A DNA stretch of 64,000 bases, taken from contig NZ_JBELFI010000001.1 of the NCBI RefSeq assembly GCF_042093035.1, positions 13,814-77,813 on the forward strand, written 5' to 3'. The position numbers were made by a program, and so were the translations under genes. A model generated the notes under the pieces. The model had not been told where the DNA came from, did no database searches, and saw only the letters and a list, made by a program, of their open reading frames with translations. The stretch is from Yoonia sp. (GTDB lineage: Bacteria; Pseudomonadota; Alphaproteobacteria; Rhodobacterales; Rhodobacteraceae). Below, one piece after another: positions 28,229 to 37,194 of this stretch. Each line of letters opens with the position of its first letter. Position 1 is the stretch's first letter.

Positions 28229-29263
28229 CTATTCTAACCCTTGCTCAAGCGCATTCCGCCAGCTTTCCAAAAACGCGCGCCTGTTCAGCGGGTCCAGATA
28301 AACCAGCAATGCCGGCCCTAACCGGATCGGGCCAAAGCTCAACTGCTCTTCGCGCGATGCAGCGAGCGGCGGCAAAACCCAATCGCCTTTATCCTCACGC
28401 ATGCCTTCTTCAAGAAGCGCATCCACAAAGGCGCCCGCTTCGTCTTTGGCAGTCACCGTTGCCGGGATCAGCGCTGTGCGCAACATCACATTGTCGAAGT
28501 CCTCAAAGGCGAGGATTTGCATGCCACTGCCTTCGGAGCCTTCGACGCGCTGAGCGGCATAGCTGCCCAGCACATTGTACGCGATCGCGAGCCGCCCTGC
28601 TGAGACATCGTCGATCATTTGTGCAGAGCAGCAGTAAAGCTGCGGGCCAAGCCGCCCCATGACTTCTGACAGCCGCCAATAGGCATCGGATATCCGTGCC
28701 TCTTGGGTTGCGAAAAGGTACCCCAAGCCGCTGCTGCGCACATCATACGTGCCGGTTGCACCCTCAAAACGCGCAGGGTTCGCCCGCAGGATCGATATCA
28801 GTTCCTGTCGTGTGCGCGGGATCGGCAGGCCTTCGAAACGCGCGGTCGAGATCACGGCAACCGCCGGTTCCGACGTGAAGGCAAAAATCAGGCTTCGCCA
28901 CTTCGCCCAGTTTGGAAGCGCCTCTGTCGCGTCAGAAGCGTAGCTTTCGGCAAATCCGTCGTTGGCCAGTTGGAATTGCAGGTCCATCGCGGACGATATG
29001 ACGACATCAAACACCGCACCCCCTTGAATGGCGCGGTAGACCTCTGCACTGGAGGAAACCGTGTAATCAATGCCGATCTGCGGGTACTGGTCCTGAAACC
29101 TGAGCAAGAACGGCTCAAATACATCCAGATCGGCGGTCGAGAGCACCCGCAACATCACAGGCCCCGCGCCGGGGTAGCTGCGTTGTTCTTCGATTTCCAG
29201 CGCAGCAGCGATCGTGGCGAAGCACCAGAATGCTAAGCCAATGGCAAAATGAGCGACACGCAT
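28229..29263 (-). CDS. Periplasmic solute-binding protein (Fe3+/molybdate-type class II fold) without adjacent ABC permease or ATPase
   Basis: Signal peptide MRVAHFAIGLAFWCFATIAAA followed by an SBP-like alternating pattern. Its start lies 31 nt inside the 3' end of the kinase gene. Confidence 0.65.
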   Translation of the reverse strand: MRVAHFAIGLAFWCFATIAAALEIEEQRSYPGAGPVMLRVLSTADLDVFEPFLLRFQDQYPQIGIDYTVSSSAEVYRAIQGGAVFDVVISSAMDLQFQLANDGFAESYASDATEALPNWAKWRSLIFAFTSEPAVAVISTARFEGLPIPRTRQELISILRANPARFEGATGTYDVRSSGLGYLFATQEARISDAYWRLSEVMGRLGPQLYCCSAQMIDDVSAGRLAIAYNVLGSYAAQRVEGSEGSGMQILAFEDFDNVMLRTALIPATVTAKDEAGAFVDALLEEGMREDKGDWVLPPLAASREEQLSFGPIRLGPALLVYLDPLNRRAFLESWRNALEQGLE

Positions 29264-30600
29264 GTCCCGTTTCTTTCGTTGTTGTTGAGTTTCAGTTGGC
29301 CCCTGTGGGCGACAAGCACATCGCGTGCAATCGTCAGGCCCAACCCTGATCCGACCGTTCCTTCGGCATTGTCGCCTCTGTGAAAGCGTTGGGTATAGCG
29401 TTGGAAGGGGCCGTCGCCCAAGCCCGGCCCAGCGTCTGATACGATGATTTCTGCGTGCGTGCCGGTGTTGCGGACGGCGACTGTCACAATGGTTTCGGGG
29501 GGCGAGTATTTCACCGCGTTATCTAGCACGTTCCGCAAGGCGCTTTCCATCAATACATAGTCGCCGCGCACTTTTGCTTCAGCGGTATCTATTTGAATTT
29601 CAATGTCTTTCATGTCGGCGGTGGGTTCCAGCGCCGCAGTTGCCGACCGCGCGATTTGTGCAAGGTCCATGACTTTGTCCGACAGGCTTTCGGACCGATA
29701 GGCCACCGTTGCATGATCCAGAAGCTGCCCCGCAGAGCGTGAGCTTTCATCGACGGCGCGGATAATCTGGCGCATGCGTTGTTTTTCGTCTGTATTGTCG
29801 GTCTTGCGCAGCGCCACCTCTGCTTGGGCGCGCACAGTGGCCAATGGCGTGCGTATGCGGTGTGCGGCCTCCGCAATGAAATCTTCCGACTGCCGCAAGG
29901 AGCGCGCCAACCGCCCGATCAGACGGTTGAGCGATTGCATGAGCGGGGCCAGTTCTTCCGGCGGATTTTGTTGCAAGGGGCGCAGGTCGGACGGCCCTCG
30001 GCGGGCGACCGCTTCTGCGATGGCGTTGAGTTGCCGCAATGAGGTGCGCGCGACGATTGCCGACAAGGCAACCGCGACGACAAAGAAGGCAACGCTCAGC
30101 AATGCGGCTGTGCGTGACAGGTCATTCGCAATCTGGCTGACCCCGTTGCGGGTTTGGCCGACAGACACAGTCACGGGCACCCGGTCAACCCCGGCGAGGA
30201 TCACGCGGGTGACAGAAACCAACCGCACTTCTTCGTCCTGAAAGGTCGAGGTGTTCAAAACGACTTGCCCAGGGGCAGGCGGCGGTATGGTGTCGTCAAT
30301 TACCGCGTTTCCCGTCAGCGTCACGCCATTGGCAGACACATGATAGAACACCCTGTCTTCGCTGATTGCACCCAGCATGGAAAATGCGGCGAAAGGCAAT
30401 TCAAGGCGTACCTCACCGTCTTCGCTGCGCAAGGCCTCTGCGATGATGCTGGCGGATGCAGACAGAATGTTGTCTTGCGTGCGCTCCGCCGCTTGGCGCG
30501 CGAAGCTGCTGACCATTGACCACGACAAAAGCGACAGCAGTGCAGCAACGACGGCCAGCAGCAGCGTAAGCCTGCGACTGATCGAACCCGTCGTCTTCAT
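29233..30600 (-). CDS. tctE: Sensor histidine kinase (TctE/QseC-like)
   Basis: Two transmembrane helices flank a periplasmic domain, followed by HAMP, an H-box FIAEAAHRIRTPL and an HATPase (DNAVKY..GLGLTI). It forms an ATGA overlap with the response-regulator gene. Confidence 0.75.
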   Translation of the reverse strand: MKTTGSISRRLTLLLAVVAALLSLLSWSMVSSFARQAAERTQDNILSASASIIAEALRSEDGEVRLELPFAAFSMLGAISEDRVFYHVSANGVTLTGNAVIDDTIPPPAPGQVVLNTSTFQDEEVRLVSVTRVILAGVDRVPVTVSVGQTRNGVSQIANDLSRTAALLSVAFFVVAVALSAIVARTSLRQLNAIAEAVARRGPSDLRPLQQNPPEELAPLMQSLNRLIGRLARSLRQSEDFIAEAAHRIRTPLATVRAQAEVALRKTDNTDEKQRMRQIIRAVDESSRSAGQLLDHATVAYRSESLSDKVMDLAQIARSATAALEPTADMKDIEIQIDTAEAKVRGDYVLMESALRNVLDNAVKYSPPETIVTVAVRNTGTHAEIIVSDAGPGLGDGPFQRYTQRFHRGDNAEGTVGSGLGLTIARDVLVAHRGQLKLNNNERNGTCVSLILPLA

Positions 30601-31283
30601 GTCGAATGCAGCCGATAGCCCAAGCCGCGCACCGTTTCGATTTTGGCGCCCGCGCGGTCAAGTTTTTTGCGCAATCGGCCCACGTAGACCTCAATTGCGT
30701 TCTCGGTAACTTCTGCATCATAGGAAAACATCCGGTCCACAAGCTGCGTCTTGGACAGGATCTGGCCTTTGTTGCGCACGAAGACCTCCAACAGGCGGAG
30801 TTCGCGGTTCCGCAATGGGATGATCTCGTCGCGCACTTGCAAGGTGCCGTTGGTCAGGTCAAAGACGCCTTGTCCAAGCGGCACTTCGTTTTTTGCGGCC
30901 CCACCACGGCGGCGCAGAACCGCCCGACATCGTGCTTCGAGTTCGGCAAAATCGAAAGGTTTGGTGATGTAATCATCAGCGCCCTGATCCAAGGCCCCAA
31001 CGCGGTCACTGATCTGGCTGCGGGCTGTCAGCACGATCACGGGGGTTTCCGACACATCGCGCCGTCTGGCAAGAAAGTCGCGCCCGTCACCATCAGGCAG
31101 CATCACATCCAACAGAATCAGATCATAGTCCGCAGCGGCCAGACAATCGCTCGCTTCTGCCAGTGACGCGGCATGATCGACCGCATGGCCATCCAATTCG
31201 ATACGGTTGACGACCGCTTCTGCGAGTTCCTGATTATCCTCAACTAAAAGATATCGCACGGTTTTCCCCCCAGCAGCGCCCAT
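30597..31283 (-). CDS. tctD: OmpR-family response regulator (TctD-like)
   Basis: A receiver domain (LLVEDN...DLILLDVMLPDGDG) plus a winged-helix output domain. It is divergent from tctCBA. Confidence 0.8.
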   Translation of the reverse strand: MGAAGGKTVRYLLVEDNQELAEAVVNRIELDGHAVDHAASLAEASDCLAAADYDLILLDVMLPDGDGRDFLARRRDVSETPVIVLTARSQISDRVGALDQGADDYITKPFDFAELEARCRAVLRRRGGAAKNEVPLGQGVFDLTNGTLQVRDEIIPLRNRELRLLEVFVRNKGQILSKTQLVDRMFSYDAEVTENAIEVYVGRLRKKLDRAGAKIETVRGLGYRLHST

Positions 31284-31294
31284 AGCATGACAAC

Positions 31295-31322
31295 GTGTTC
31301 GCGCGTGTCAGGCCGGTGTCAG
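31295..31322. promoter_or_regulatory. Three direct repeats GTGTTCG/GTGTCAG/GTGTCAG at 10-11 bp spacing; candidate TctD box
   Basis: Read directly in the 105 bp tctD-tctC divergent region, with repeats at 31295, 31305 and 31316. A helical-turn direct-repeat geometry is typical of OmpR/PhoB-family sites. Confidence 0.35.
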
Positions 31323-31388
31323 CTTATTATGTTTGGCTGTCGCAACATGGGCAGCGGGAGGCTGCCTTGTCAAATGGGAGGAAATCAC

Positions 31389-32375
31389 ATGAGCACCTAT
31401 GGGTGGACACGTCGCATGGCTATTGCCGCGACAACAGCAACTTTGGCTTTTGGTGGCATGGCGCAAGCTGGCGGCCATCAGGTCATGGAAGAAATCAACT
31501 TCTTGATCCCCGGCGGTGCCGGCGGTGGTTGGGATGGTACAGCACGCGGTACGGGCGAGGCGCTGACCGGTGCCGGGATCGTCGGCACAGCCAGCTATGA
31601 AAACATGTCCGGTGGCGGCGGCGGCGTCGCGATTGCACACCTGATCGAAAACGCGGATTCACTGCAGAACACGATGATGGTCAACTCGACCCCTATCGTG
31701 ATCCGTTCTCTGACTGGCGTGTTTCCACAAAGCTTCCGCGACCTGACATTGGTTGCAGGCACAATCGGCGACTATGCAGCGATTGTTGTGAACACAGATA
31801 GCCCGATCGGTTCCATGGATGATCTGCTTGCAGCTTACCGTGAGGACGGCATGAGCTTTGCTATTGGTGGCGGTTCTGTGCCGGGTGGTCTCGATCACCT
31901 TGTTGCAGCATCCGTGATGCAGGCGGCTGGCGAAGATCCAACAGCGTTCAACTACATCCCCTATGATGCAGGTGGTGCAGCGATGGCGGGCCTCTTGTCC
32001 GGCGAAATCGCAGCGCTTTCCACAGGCTTCTCTGAAGCTGTGACGCTTGCGCAGCAGGGTGAAGTCCGCATCCTTGGCGTGACATCACAAGAGCGCGTTG
32101 CCGCGTTTGAAGATGCCCCGACCATGATGGAGCAGGGCCTTGATACAACCTTCGTTAACTGGCGTGGGTTCTTTGCGGCCCCCGGTCTGTCTGATGACAA
32201 ACTGGCCAGCATGCAGTCCGCGATCATGAAGATGTACGACACGCCCGAGTGGGAAGAAGTGCGCGCACGCAACGGCTGGGTGAACATCTACAACAACGGT
32301 GACGACTTCCGTGCTTTCCTTGAAGAGCAAGAGCAAGTCATCGGTGATCTGATGAAAACGCTGGGCTTCCTGTAA
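31389..32375 (+). CDS. tctC: Tripartite tricarboxylate transporter substrate-binding protein TctC
   Basis: GGGAGG RBS, a signal peptide, and Bug/TctC-family length and pattern. It is followed by tctB and tctA. Confidence 0.85.
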   Translation: MSTYGWTRRMAIAATTATLAFGGMAQAGGHQVMEEINFLIPGGAGGGWDGTARGTGEALTGAGIVGTASYENMSGGGGGVAIAHLIENADSLQNTMMVNSTPIVIRSLTGVFPQSFRDLTLVAGTIGDYAAIVVNTDSPIGSMDDLLAAYREDGMSFAIGGGSVPGGLDHLVAASVMQAAGEDPTAFNYIPYDAGGAAMAGLLSGEIAALSTGFSEAVTLAQQGEVRILGVTSQERVAAFEDAPTMMEQGLDTTFVNWRGFFAAPGLSDDKLASMQSAIMKMYDTPEWEEVRARNGWVNIYNNGDDFRAFLEEQEQVIGDLMKTLGFL

Positions 32376-32451
32376 GTCTAACGACACGAGCCAGACCGCT
32401 CCGCCCAAGCGCGGGGCGGTCACACAACATATGTTTCGGGGAGGGAACACC

Positions 32452-32949
32452 ATGGCGCTCGATCGTTGGATCGCGCTGATCTTTGTCACATTTTGCGGCA
32501 TTTACGGATATGCAGCATTTTTCACGATGGATCAGCTTCTCCCCCCCTTCATGCAACGCAATCCCGTTTGGCCGTCGACCTTTCCGAAGGTGCTTGCCGT
32601 TCTGGGAATTATCGTTGGCTTGATCGTCCTGCTTGGTGTCGAAAAAGGCGCCGAGGAAAAGGATCCGGAAAGTGCGACCGGCATCAACTATCGCCGTTTG
32701 GGTGAGTATAAAATCGGTCAGGCGACGGCGCTGCTGGGTCTTATGGTACTTTACGCGCTGATGCTGCGTCCGGCTGGCTTTCTGATTTCGACGACTGTCT
32801 TTTTGTTTGCGGGCAGCGCGGTTTTGGGCGAACGCAAATTCCATATCATGCTGCTCGTGTCTGTCCTGGCCACGGGATTTGTCTGGTATCTGGTGCAAGA
32901 GGTGCTCGGCATCTTCCTGCGTCCTTTTCCGTTTTTCATGGGGATGTGA
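32452..32949 (+). CDS. tctB: Tripartite tricarboxylate transporter small membrane protein TctB
   Basis: About 165 aa with four hydrophobic helices, located between tctC and tctA. ATG at 32452 follows GGGGAGGGA. Confidence 0.75.
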   Translation: MALDRWIALIFVTFCGIYGYAAFFTMDQLLPPFMQRNPVWPSTFPKVLAVLGIIVGLIVLLGVEKGAEEKDPESATGINYRRLGEYKIGQATALLGLMVLYALMLRPAGFLISTTVFLFAGSAVLGERKFHIMLLVSVLATGFVWYLVQEVLGIFLRPFPFFMGM

Positions 32950-32952
32950 ACG

Positions 32953-34470
32953 ATGCTCGAAGGAATTATGATTGGCCTACAGGCCGCTTTTTCGATCCAG
33001 AACATTCTTATGGTTGTCGCGGGTTGCTTGATCGGGACATTTATCGGGATGTTGCCGGGTCTTGGTCCGATGTCCATCATCGCGATTATGATCCCTGTTG
33101 CGATTACGCTGGGTGATCCGGCGGCGGCGCTGATCCTGCTCGCGGGTGTTTACTATGGCGCGATCTTTGGGGGATCGACCTCATCAATCCTGCTGAACGC
33201 GCCCGGCGTGGCAGGCACGGTTGCCACCAGTTTTGACGGCTATCCGATGGCCCAAAAGGGACAGGCGGGTAAGGCGCTGACCATCGCTGCCGTGGCGAGT
33301 TTCGCTGGTGGTACAATCGGTGCCGTGCTGCTGATGATTTTCGCGCCCGCGCTGTCTAGCGTGGCTTTGCTTTTCCATTCAGCCGAGTATTTCGCGCTGA
33401 TGGTCGTGGGCCTAAGTGCGATTGCTGCCTTTGCTGGCACGGGCCAAGTGGCCAAAGCGCTGATGATGACGATCCTCGGTTTGATCCTTGCCACCGTTGG
33501 CGAAGGCGCGCTTTTCAACATGCCGCGCTTTACGATGGGTATGATGGACCTGCAATCAGGCATTTCGTTTATCACGCTGGCGATGGCCATGTTCGCCCTG
33601 CCAGAAGCCTTGTTTCTGGTGCTGAACCCGATGCGTGGGTCAGGCCAAGGGGCAAGCAATAAAATCGAAGGTCTGCGCTTTTCACGCGAAGAAGGCAAAG
33701 CGATGATCCCCGTCATTGGCCGTCAATCGATCCAAGGTTTCTTCATCGGTGTTCTGCCGGGTGCAGGTGCGACGATTGCGTCGTTCCTTGGTTATGCGGT
33801 CGAACGCAACATTGCCAAAGGCGATGAGCAGGCGGAATTCGGCAAAGGGTCTGTCAAAGGGCTGGCAGCACCTGAAACGGCGAATAACGCGGCCTGTACC
33901 GGATCTTTTGTGCCATTGCTGACGCTGGGCATTCCCGGTTCCGGCACGACAGCGATCCTGTTGGGCGCGCTGATTGCCTTGAACGTCACCCCCGGCCCAC
34001 GCCTGATGGTCGATACGCCAGAGATCTTCTGGGCCGTCATCATTTCGATGTTCATCGGCAACTTGGTTTTGCTGGTCCTGAACCTGCCGCTGATCCCGTA
34101 TATCGCCAAGATCCTCGCGATCCCGCGCAACTACCTGATCCCGTTTATCCTGTTTTTCACGCTGATGGGTGCCTACATCGGGCAGAACAACGCGACAGAG
34201 CTTCTTATGCTGGTCGGGCTTGGCGTGATGGCGACGATCTTCCGGTTTGCGGATTATCCGCTGGCACCACTGCTGATTGGTTTCATCCTTGGCACCATGC
34301 TTGAGGATAACTTTGCGCGGTCAATGCAGCTCTATCGCGGTCTGGATTTCATTCTTGAGCGGCCGATGACATTGGGCCTGCTGACCCTTGCGGCTGTGCT
34401 TGTTCTGCTTCCCAGCTATCGCAACCGTCGTGCGCGCAAACGCGCCGAGGGCGTGGCGGATGGCGACTAA
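32953..34470 (+). CDS. tctA: Tripartite tricarboxylate transporter large permease TctA
   Basis: 505 aa polytopic protein with GMLPGLGP and GVLPGAGATIASF motifs. Confidence 0.9.
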   Translation: MLEGIMIGLQAAFSIQNILMVVAGCLIGTFIGMLPGLGPMSIIAIMIPVAITLGDPAAALILLAGVYYGAIFGGSTSSILLNAPGVAGTVATSFDGYPMAQKGQAGKALTIAAVASFAGGTIGAVLLMIFAPALSSVALLFHSAEYFALMVVGLSAIAAFAGTGQVAKALMMTILGLILATVGEGALFNMPRFTMGMMDLQSGISFITLAMAMFALPEALFLVLNPMRGSGQGASNKIEGLRFSREEGKAMIPVIGRQSIQGFFIGVLPGAGATIASFLGYAVERNIAKGDEQAEFGKGSVKGLAAPETANNAACTGSFVPLLTLGIPGSGTTAILLGALIALNVTPGPRLMVDTPEIFWAVIISMFIGNLVLLVLNLPLIPYIAKILAIPRNYLIPFILFFTLMGAYIGQNNATELLMLVGLGVMATIFRFADYPLAPLLIGFILGTMLEDNFARSMQLYRGLDFILERPMTLGLLTLAAVLVLLPSYRNRRARKRAEGVADGD

Positions 34471-35659
34471 TCACCCGCTTTCGGGGATCACGGTCCTTGA
34501 TCTGACAAACGTGTTGGCAGGCCCTTTTGCCTGCCATCAACTTGCCCATCTGGGTGCTGAAGTCATCAAAGTCGAAGCTGTTGGGCGTGGTGATCTGGCG
34601 CGTGGGCTTGGGGCCTCTCCTGATTTGTCCGCAAAGGGCATGGGCATCAGCTTTCTGGCGCAGAACGCTGGCAAGAAATCCATGACGTTGAACCTGAAAT
34701 CGGCAGAGGGCAAAGCCGTTCTGAAGCGGCTGATCCAAAGCGCTGACGTGCTGGTTGAAAACTTTCGCCCCGGTGTGATGGACCGCCTCGGGCTTGGGCC
34801 AGAGACGCTCAGAGCGGAAAACCCCAAGCTGATTTACTGCGCGATTTCCGGATTCGGTCAGAGCGGGCCTTGGGCGGATCGCCCGGCCTATGACCAGATT
34901 ATCCAGGGCGCGGCAGGCGTCATGGCGGTGACAGGCACTGATGCGGGCGGACCGACGCGCGTCGGTTATCCCTTGGCCGATACAGTTGGCGGATTGACGG
35001 CAGCAATGGCGATTACGGCGGCTCTGAATGCGCCGGAACGCGGTTGTGTGATTGATGTCTCAATGCTGGATGCGGTGCTGGCGACGATGGGATGGGTGGT
35101 GTCCAATCACCTGATCGGCGGCGTTGCCCCCGTGCGCAACGGCAATGAAAACCCCACATCTGCCCCTTCGGGCGCATTTCAATGTGCCGATGGTCTGCTC
35201 AATATCGCGGCCAACAAAGATGAACAATGGAACGCATTGGCCAAGCATCTGGGGCGGGAAGACCTGCTGGAGGCGGCAATCTACGCCACCCGCGAAGACC
35301 GCAAGGCCAACAGGCTGCGGTTGAAGGCCGAGCTTGAGACCGTTCTGACGACACGCAACGCGCAAGATTGGGAAACGGAATTGAACCAGATCGGCGTTCC
35401 GGCAGGGGCGGTTCTGGCGCTTGAGGATGTGTTGGGACACCCGCAAGTCACAGACCGCGATTTCCTATCGCATTTCGCGGATGTGCCGGGCGCGGAAATG
35501 CCGATTGATGTGGCCCGGATCGGCGCCATGGTGGATGGCAAGCGTCCGGCTGTTACGACACCTCCGCCGGTCCTTGGTCAGCACACCGATCAAGTGCTTG
35601 AGGGGCTGGGTTACAGCACGACGGAAATCGCGGATTTCCGACAGGAGGGCGTCATATGA
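34460..35659 (+). CDS. Family III CoA-transferase (CaiB/BaiF type)
   Basis: LSGITVLDLTNVLAGPFACHQLAHLGAEVIKVE and ENFRPGVMDRLGLG. Overlaps the tctA 3' end by 11 nt. Confidence 0.85.
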   Translation: MATNHPLSGITVLDLTNVLAGPFACHQLAHLGAEVIKVEAVGRGDLARGLGASPDLSAKGMGISFLAQNAGKKSMTLNLKSAEGKAVLKRLIQSADVLVENFRPGVMDRLGLGPETLRAENPKLIYCAISGFGQSGPWADRPAYDQIIQGAAGVMAVTGTDAGGPTRVGYPLADTVGGLTAAMAITAALNAPERGCVIDVSMLDAVLATMGWVVSNHLIGGVAPVRNGNENPTSAPSGAFQCADGLLNIAANKDEQWNALAKHLGREDLLEAAIYATREDRKANRLRLKAELETVLTTRNAQDWETELNQIGVPAGAVLALEDVLGHPQVTDRDFLSHFADVPGAEMPIDVARIGAMVDGKRPAVTTPPPVLGQHTDQVLEGLGYSTTEIADFRQEGVI

Positions 35660-36426
35660 CCAGCGATGTTTCAGACTGGTGGCGCACCTCCATCATCGAT
35701 ATGGAGCCGGGTCGCATCGACATCAGAGGTCGCCCCATTCAGGATCTGATCGGCACGACCGGTTTTGCGCAAATGATCTGGCTGATGGTCATGGGGCAAG
35801 ACCTGTCCGGCCTGCGCGCGTCACTTTTTGAGGCAGCACTTGTGGCCGCTGTCGATCATGGGCCGCAGGCGCCGTCTATTGCGGCCGCTCGGATGGCCGC
35901 GACTTGTGGTATCGGCCTGCAATCGGCGATGGCGACGGGGCTGAATATGCTGGGCGACGTGCATGGCGGTGCGGGCGAACAGGCCGTCGCGCTTTATCAG
36001 CATGTTGCTGGTTTTGAAGGTGAAATTGGGCCCGCGCTTGATGCTTGGCGTGATGCGCATGGTCCCTATTTGCCCGGTTTCGGGCACCGCTTTCACAAAC
36101 CCATAGACCCGCGTGCCCCTCGGCTTCTCGCGCTTGTGGATGAGGCGGCAGAGGCGGGTGCGGTGTCCGGGCGGTTTGCGCAGATTGGGCGCGACATTGA
36201 GAACGGACTGGCCGCAGAGCGCGGCAAACCCGTGCCGATGAATATCGACGGCGCGACGGCTGTCATCTACGCCGAACTCGATTGTCCGCCTGCGTTGGCA
36301 AGGGGCTTCTTTGGTCTCTCGCGCAGCGTGGGTTTGTTGGCCCATGCGTGGGAGCAAACCGAACAAGGTGAGCGCATAAAAGGACCGACACCGCCACAGT
36401 ATCGCTGGACCTACGATCCGGATTGA
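35656..36426 (+). CDS. Citryl-CoA lyase-like protein (short citrate-synthase-family protein)
   Basis: Carries the citrate-synthase signature GFGHRFHKPIDPR and is about 256 aa, which is the short CCL-type length. Forms an ATGA overlap with the CoA-transferase gene. Confidence 0.7.
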   Translation: MTSDVSDWWRTSIIDMEPGRIDIRGRPIQDLIGTTGFAQMIWLMVMGQDLSGLRASLFEAALVAAVDHGPQAPSIAAARMAATCGIGLQSAMATGLNMLGDVHGGAGEQAVALYQHVAGFEGEIGPALDAWRDAHGPYLPGFGHRFHKPIDPRAPRLLALVDEAAEAGAVSGRFAQIGRDIENGLAAERGKPVPMNIDGATAVIYAELDCPPALARGFFGLSRSVGLLAHAWEQTEQGERIKGPTPPQYRWTYDPD

Positions 36427-36446
36427 TAGCGCCGGTTGCCGCTAAC

Positions 36447-36461
36447 TTAGAATAATTCTAA
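36447..36461. promoter_or_regulatory. ICE-like (Irr-binding iron control element) palindrome TTAGAA-TAA-TTCTAA
   Basis: A perfect 6-3-6 inverted repeat 90 nt upstream of the dps ATG. It matches the described TTTAGAA-N3-TTCTAAA ICE core. Confidence 0.5.
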
Positions 36462-36550
36462 AAAGGACTTGTCTGCTTCAATTCCTTGCTTATGTCATGT
36501 TACGTAGCCTAACGGCATGATGAAAATGAAGCACGAAGTGGAGACAGAAA

Positions 36551-37021
36551 ATGACACAGCCAGCAATCGCATTCAGCAATAGCGCACGCACCCAAATCGC
36601 TGACGCATTGAACCAGTCGGTGGCCGAAACTGCGGTGACAACGATGCTTGCGCAGAATTTTCATTGGAACGTCAAAGGCATGTCCTTTGCGCCGCTGCAT
36701 GACCTTTTTCAGAGAATCTACGAAGATCACTTTGTTGCGCAGGATGATTTGGCCGAACGGATCCGGTCGATTGATATGCATGCCGATGCGACGCTTGCAG
36801 GAATGCTGAAGCGGTCAAAGGTTAGTGAACATGACGGGCATGCCACCGACAAAGAAATGATTAAGATGATGCTGAGCGCGCAAGAGACTCTCGCCACTAC
36901 CTTGGGTGCCAGCGGTGCGCTGGCCGCTGAACATGGCGATACGCTAACAGAAGACCTTTGCATCGCGCGCGGTCAGGTCCATGAGAAATTCGCGTGGTTC
37001 CTTCGGGCGCATCTGGCCTAA
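36551..37021 (+). CDS. dps: DNA starvation/stationary-phase protection protein Dps
   Basis: 156 aa with NFHWNVKG..F..LH..F....E ferroxidase-site pattern. Confidence 0.9.
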   Translation: MTQPAIAFSNSARTQIADALNQSVAETAVTTMLAQNFHWNVKGMSFAPLHDLFQRIYEDHFVAQDDLAERIRSIDMHADATLAGMLKRSKVSEHDGHATDKEMIKMMLSAQETLATTLGASGALAAEHGDTLTEDLCIARGQVHEKFAWFLRAHLA

Positions 37022-37040
37022 ACGCAGAATAACCATGATG

Positions 37041-37070
37041 AAAGCGGACTGCATTGCGGTCCGCTTTTTT
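37041..37070 (+). terminator. Rho-independent terminator after dps
   Basis: aaagcggac...gtccgc stem followed by TTTTTT. Confidence 0.7.
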
Positions 37071-37109
37071 GTTGGCTGCAGTGGCCTCCGTAGGTTGTGA
37101 ATGTTTTTT

Positions 37110-37126
37110 CCGAGTATTTTACTCGG
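37110..37126. promoter_or_regulatory. Perfect 7-3-7 palindrome CCGAGTA-TTT-TACTCGG (IscR / Iron-Rhodo-box-like operator candidate)
   Basis: Read directly. A degenerate second copy, CCGAGTA-AAA-CACTCAA, lies at 37164-37180 just before the start of the Fe3+ binding-protein gene. The TACTCGG half-site resembles E. coli IscR type-1 sites (from memory). Confidence 0.45.
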
Positions 37127-37194
37127 ATATCTGGACAAGGCACGAATCCATGGTAAAACATACCCGAGTAAAACACTCAACTATGAAGGATTCG

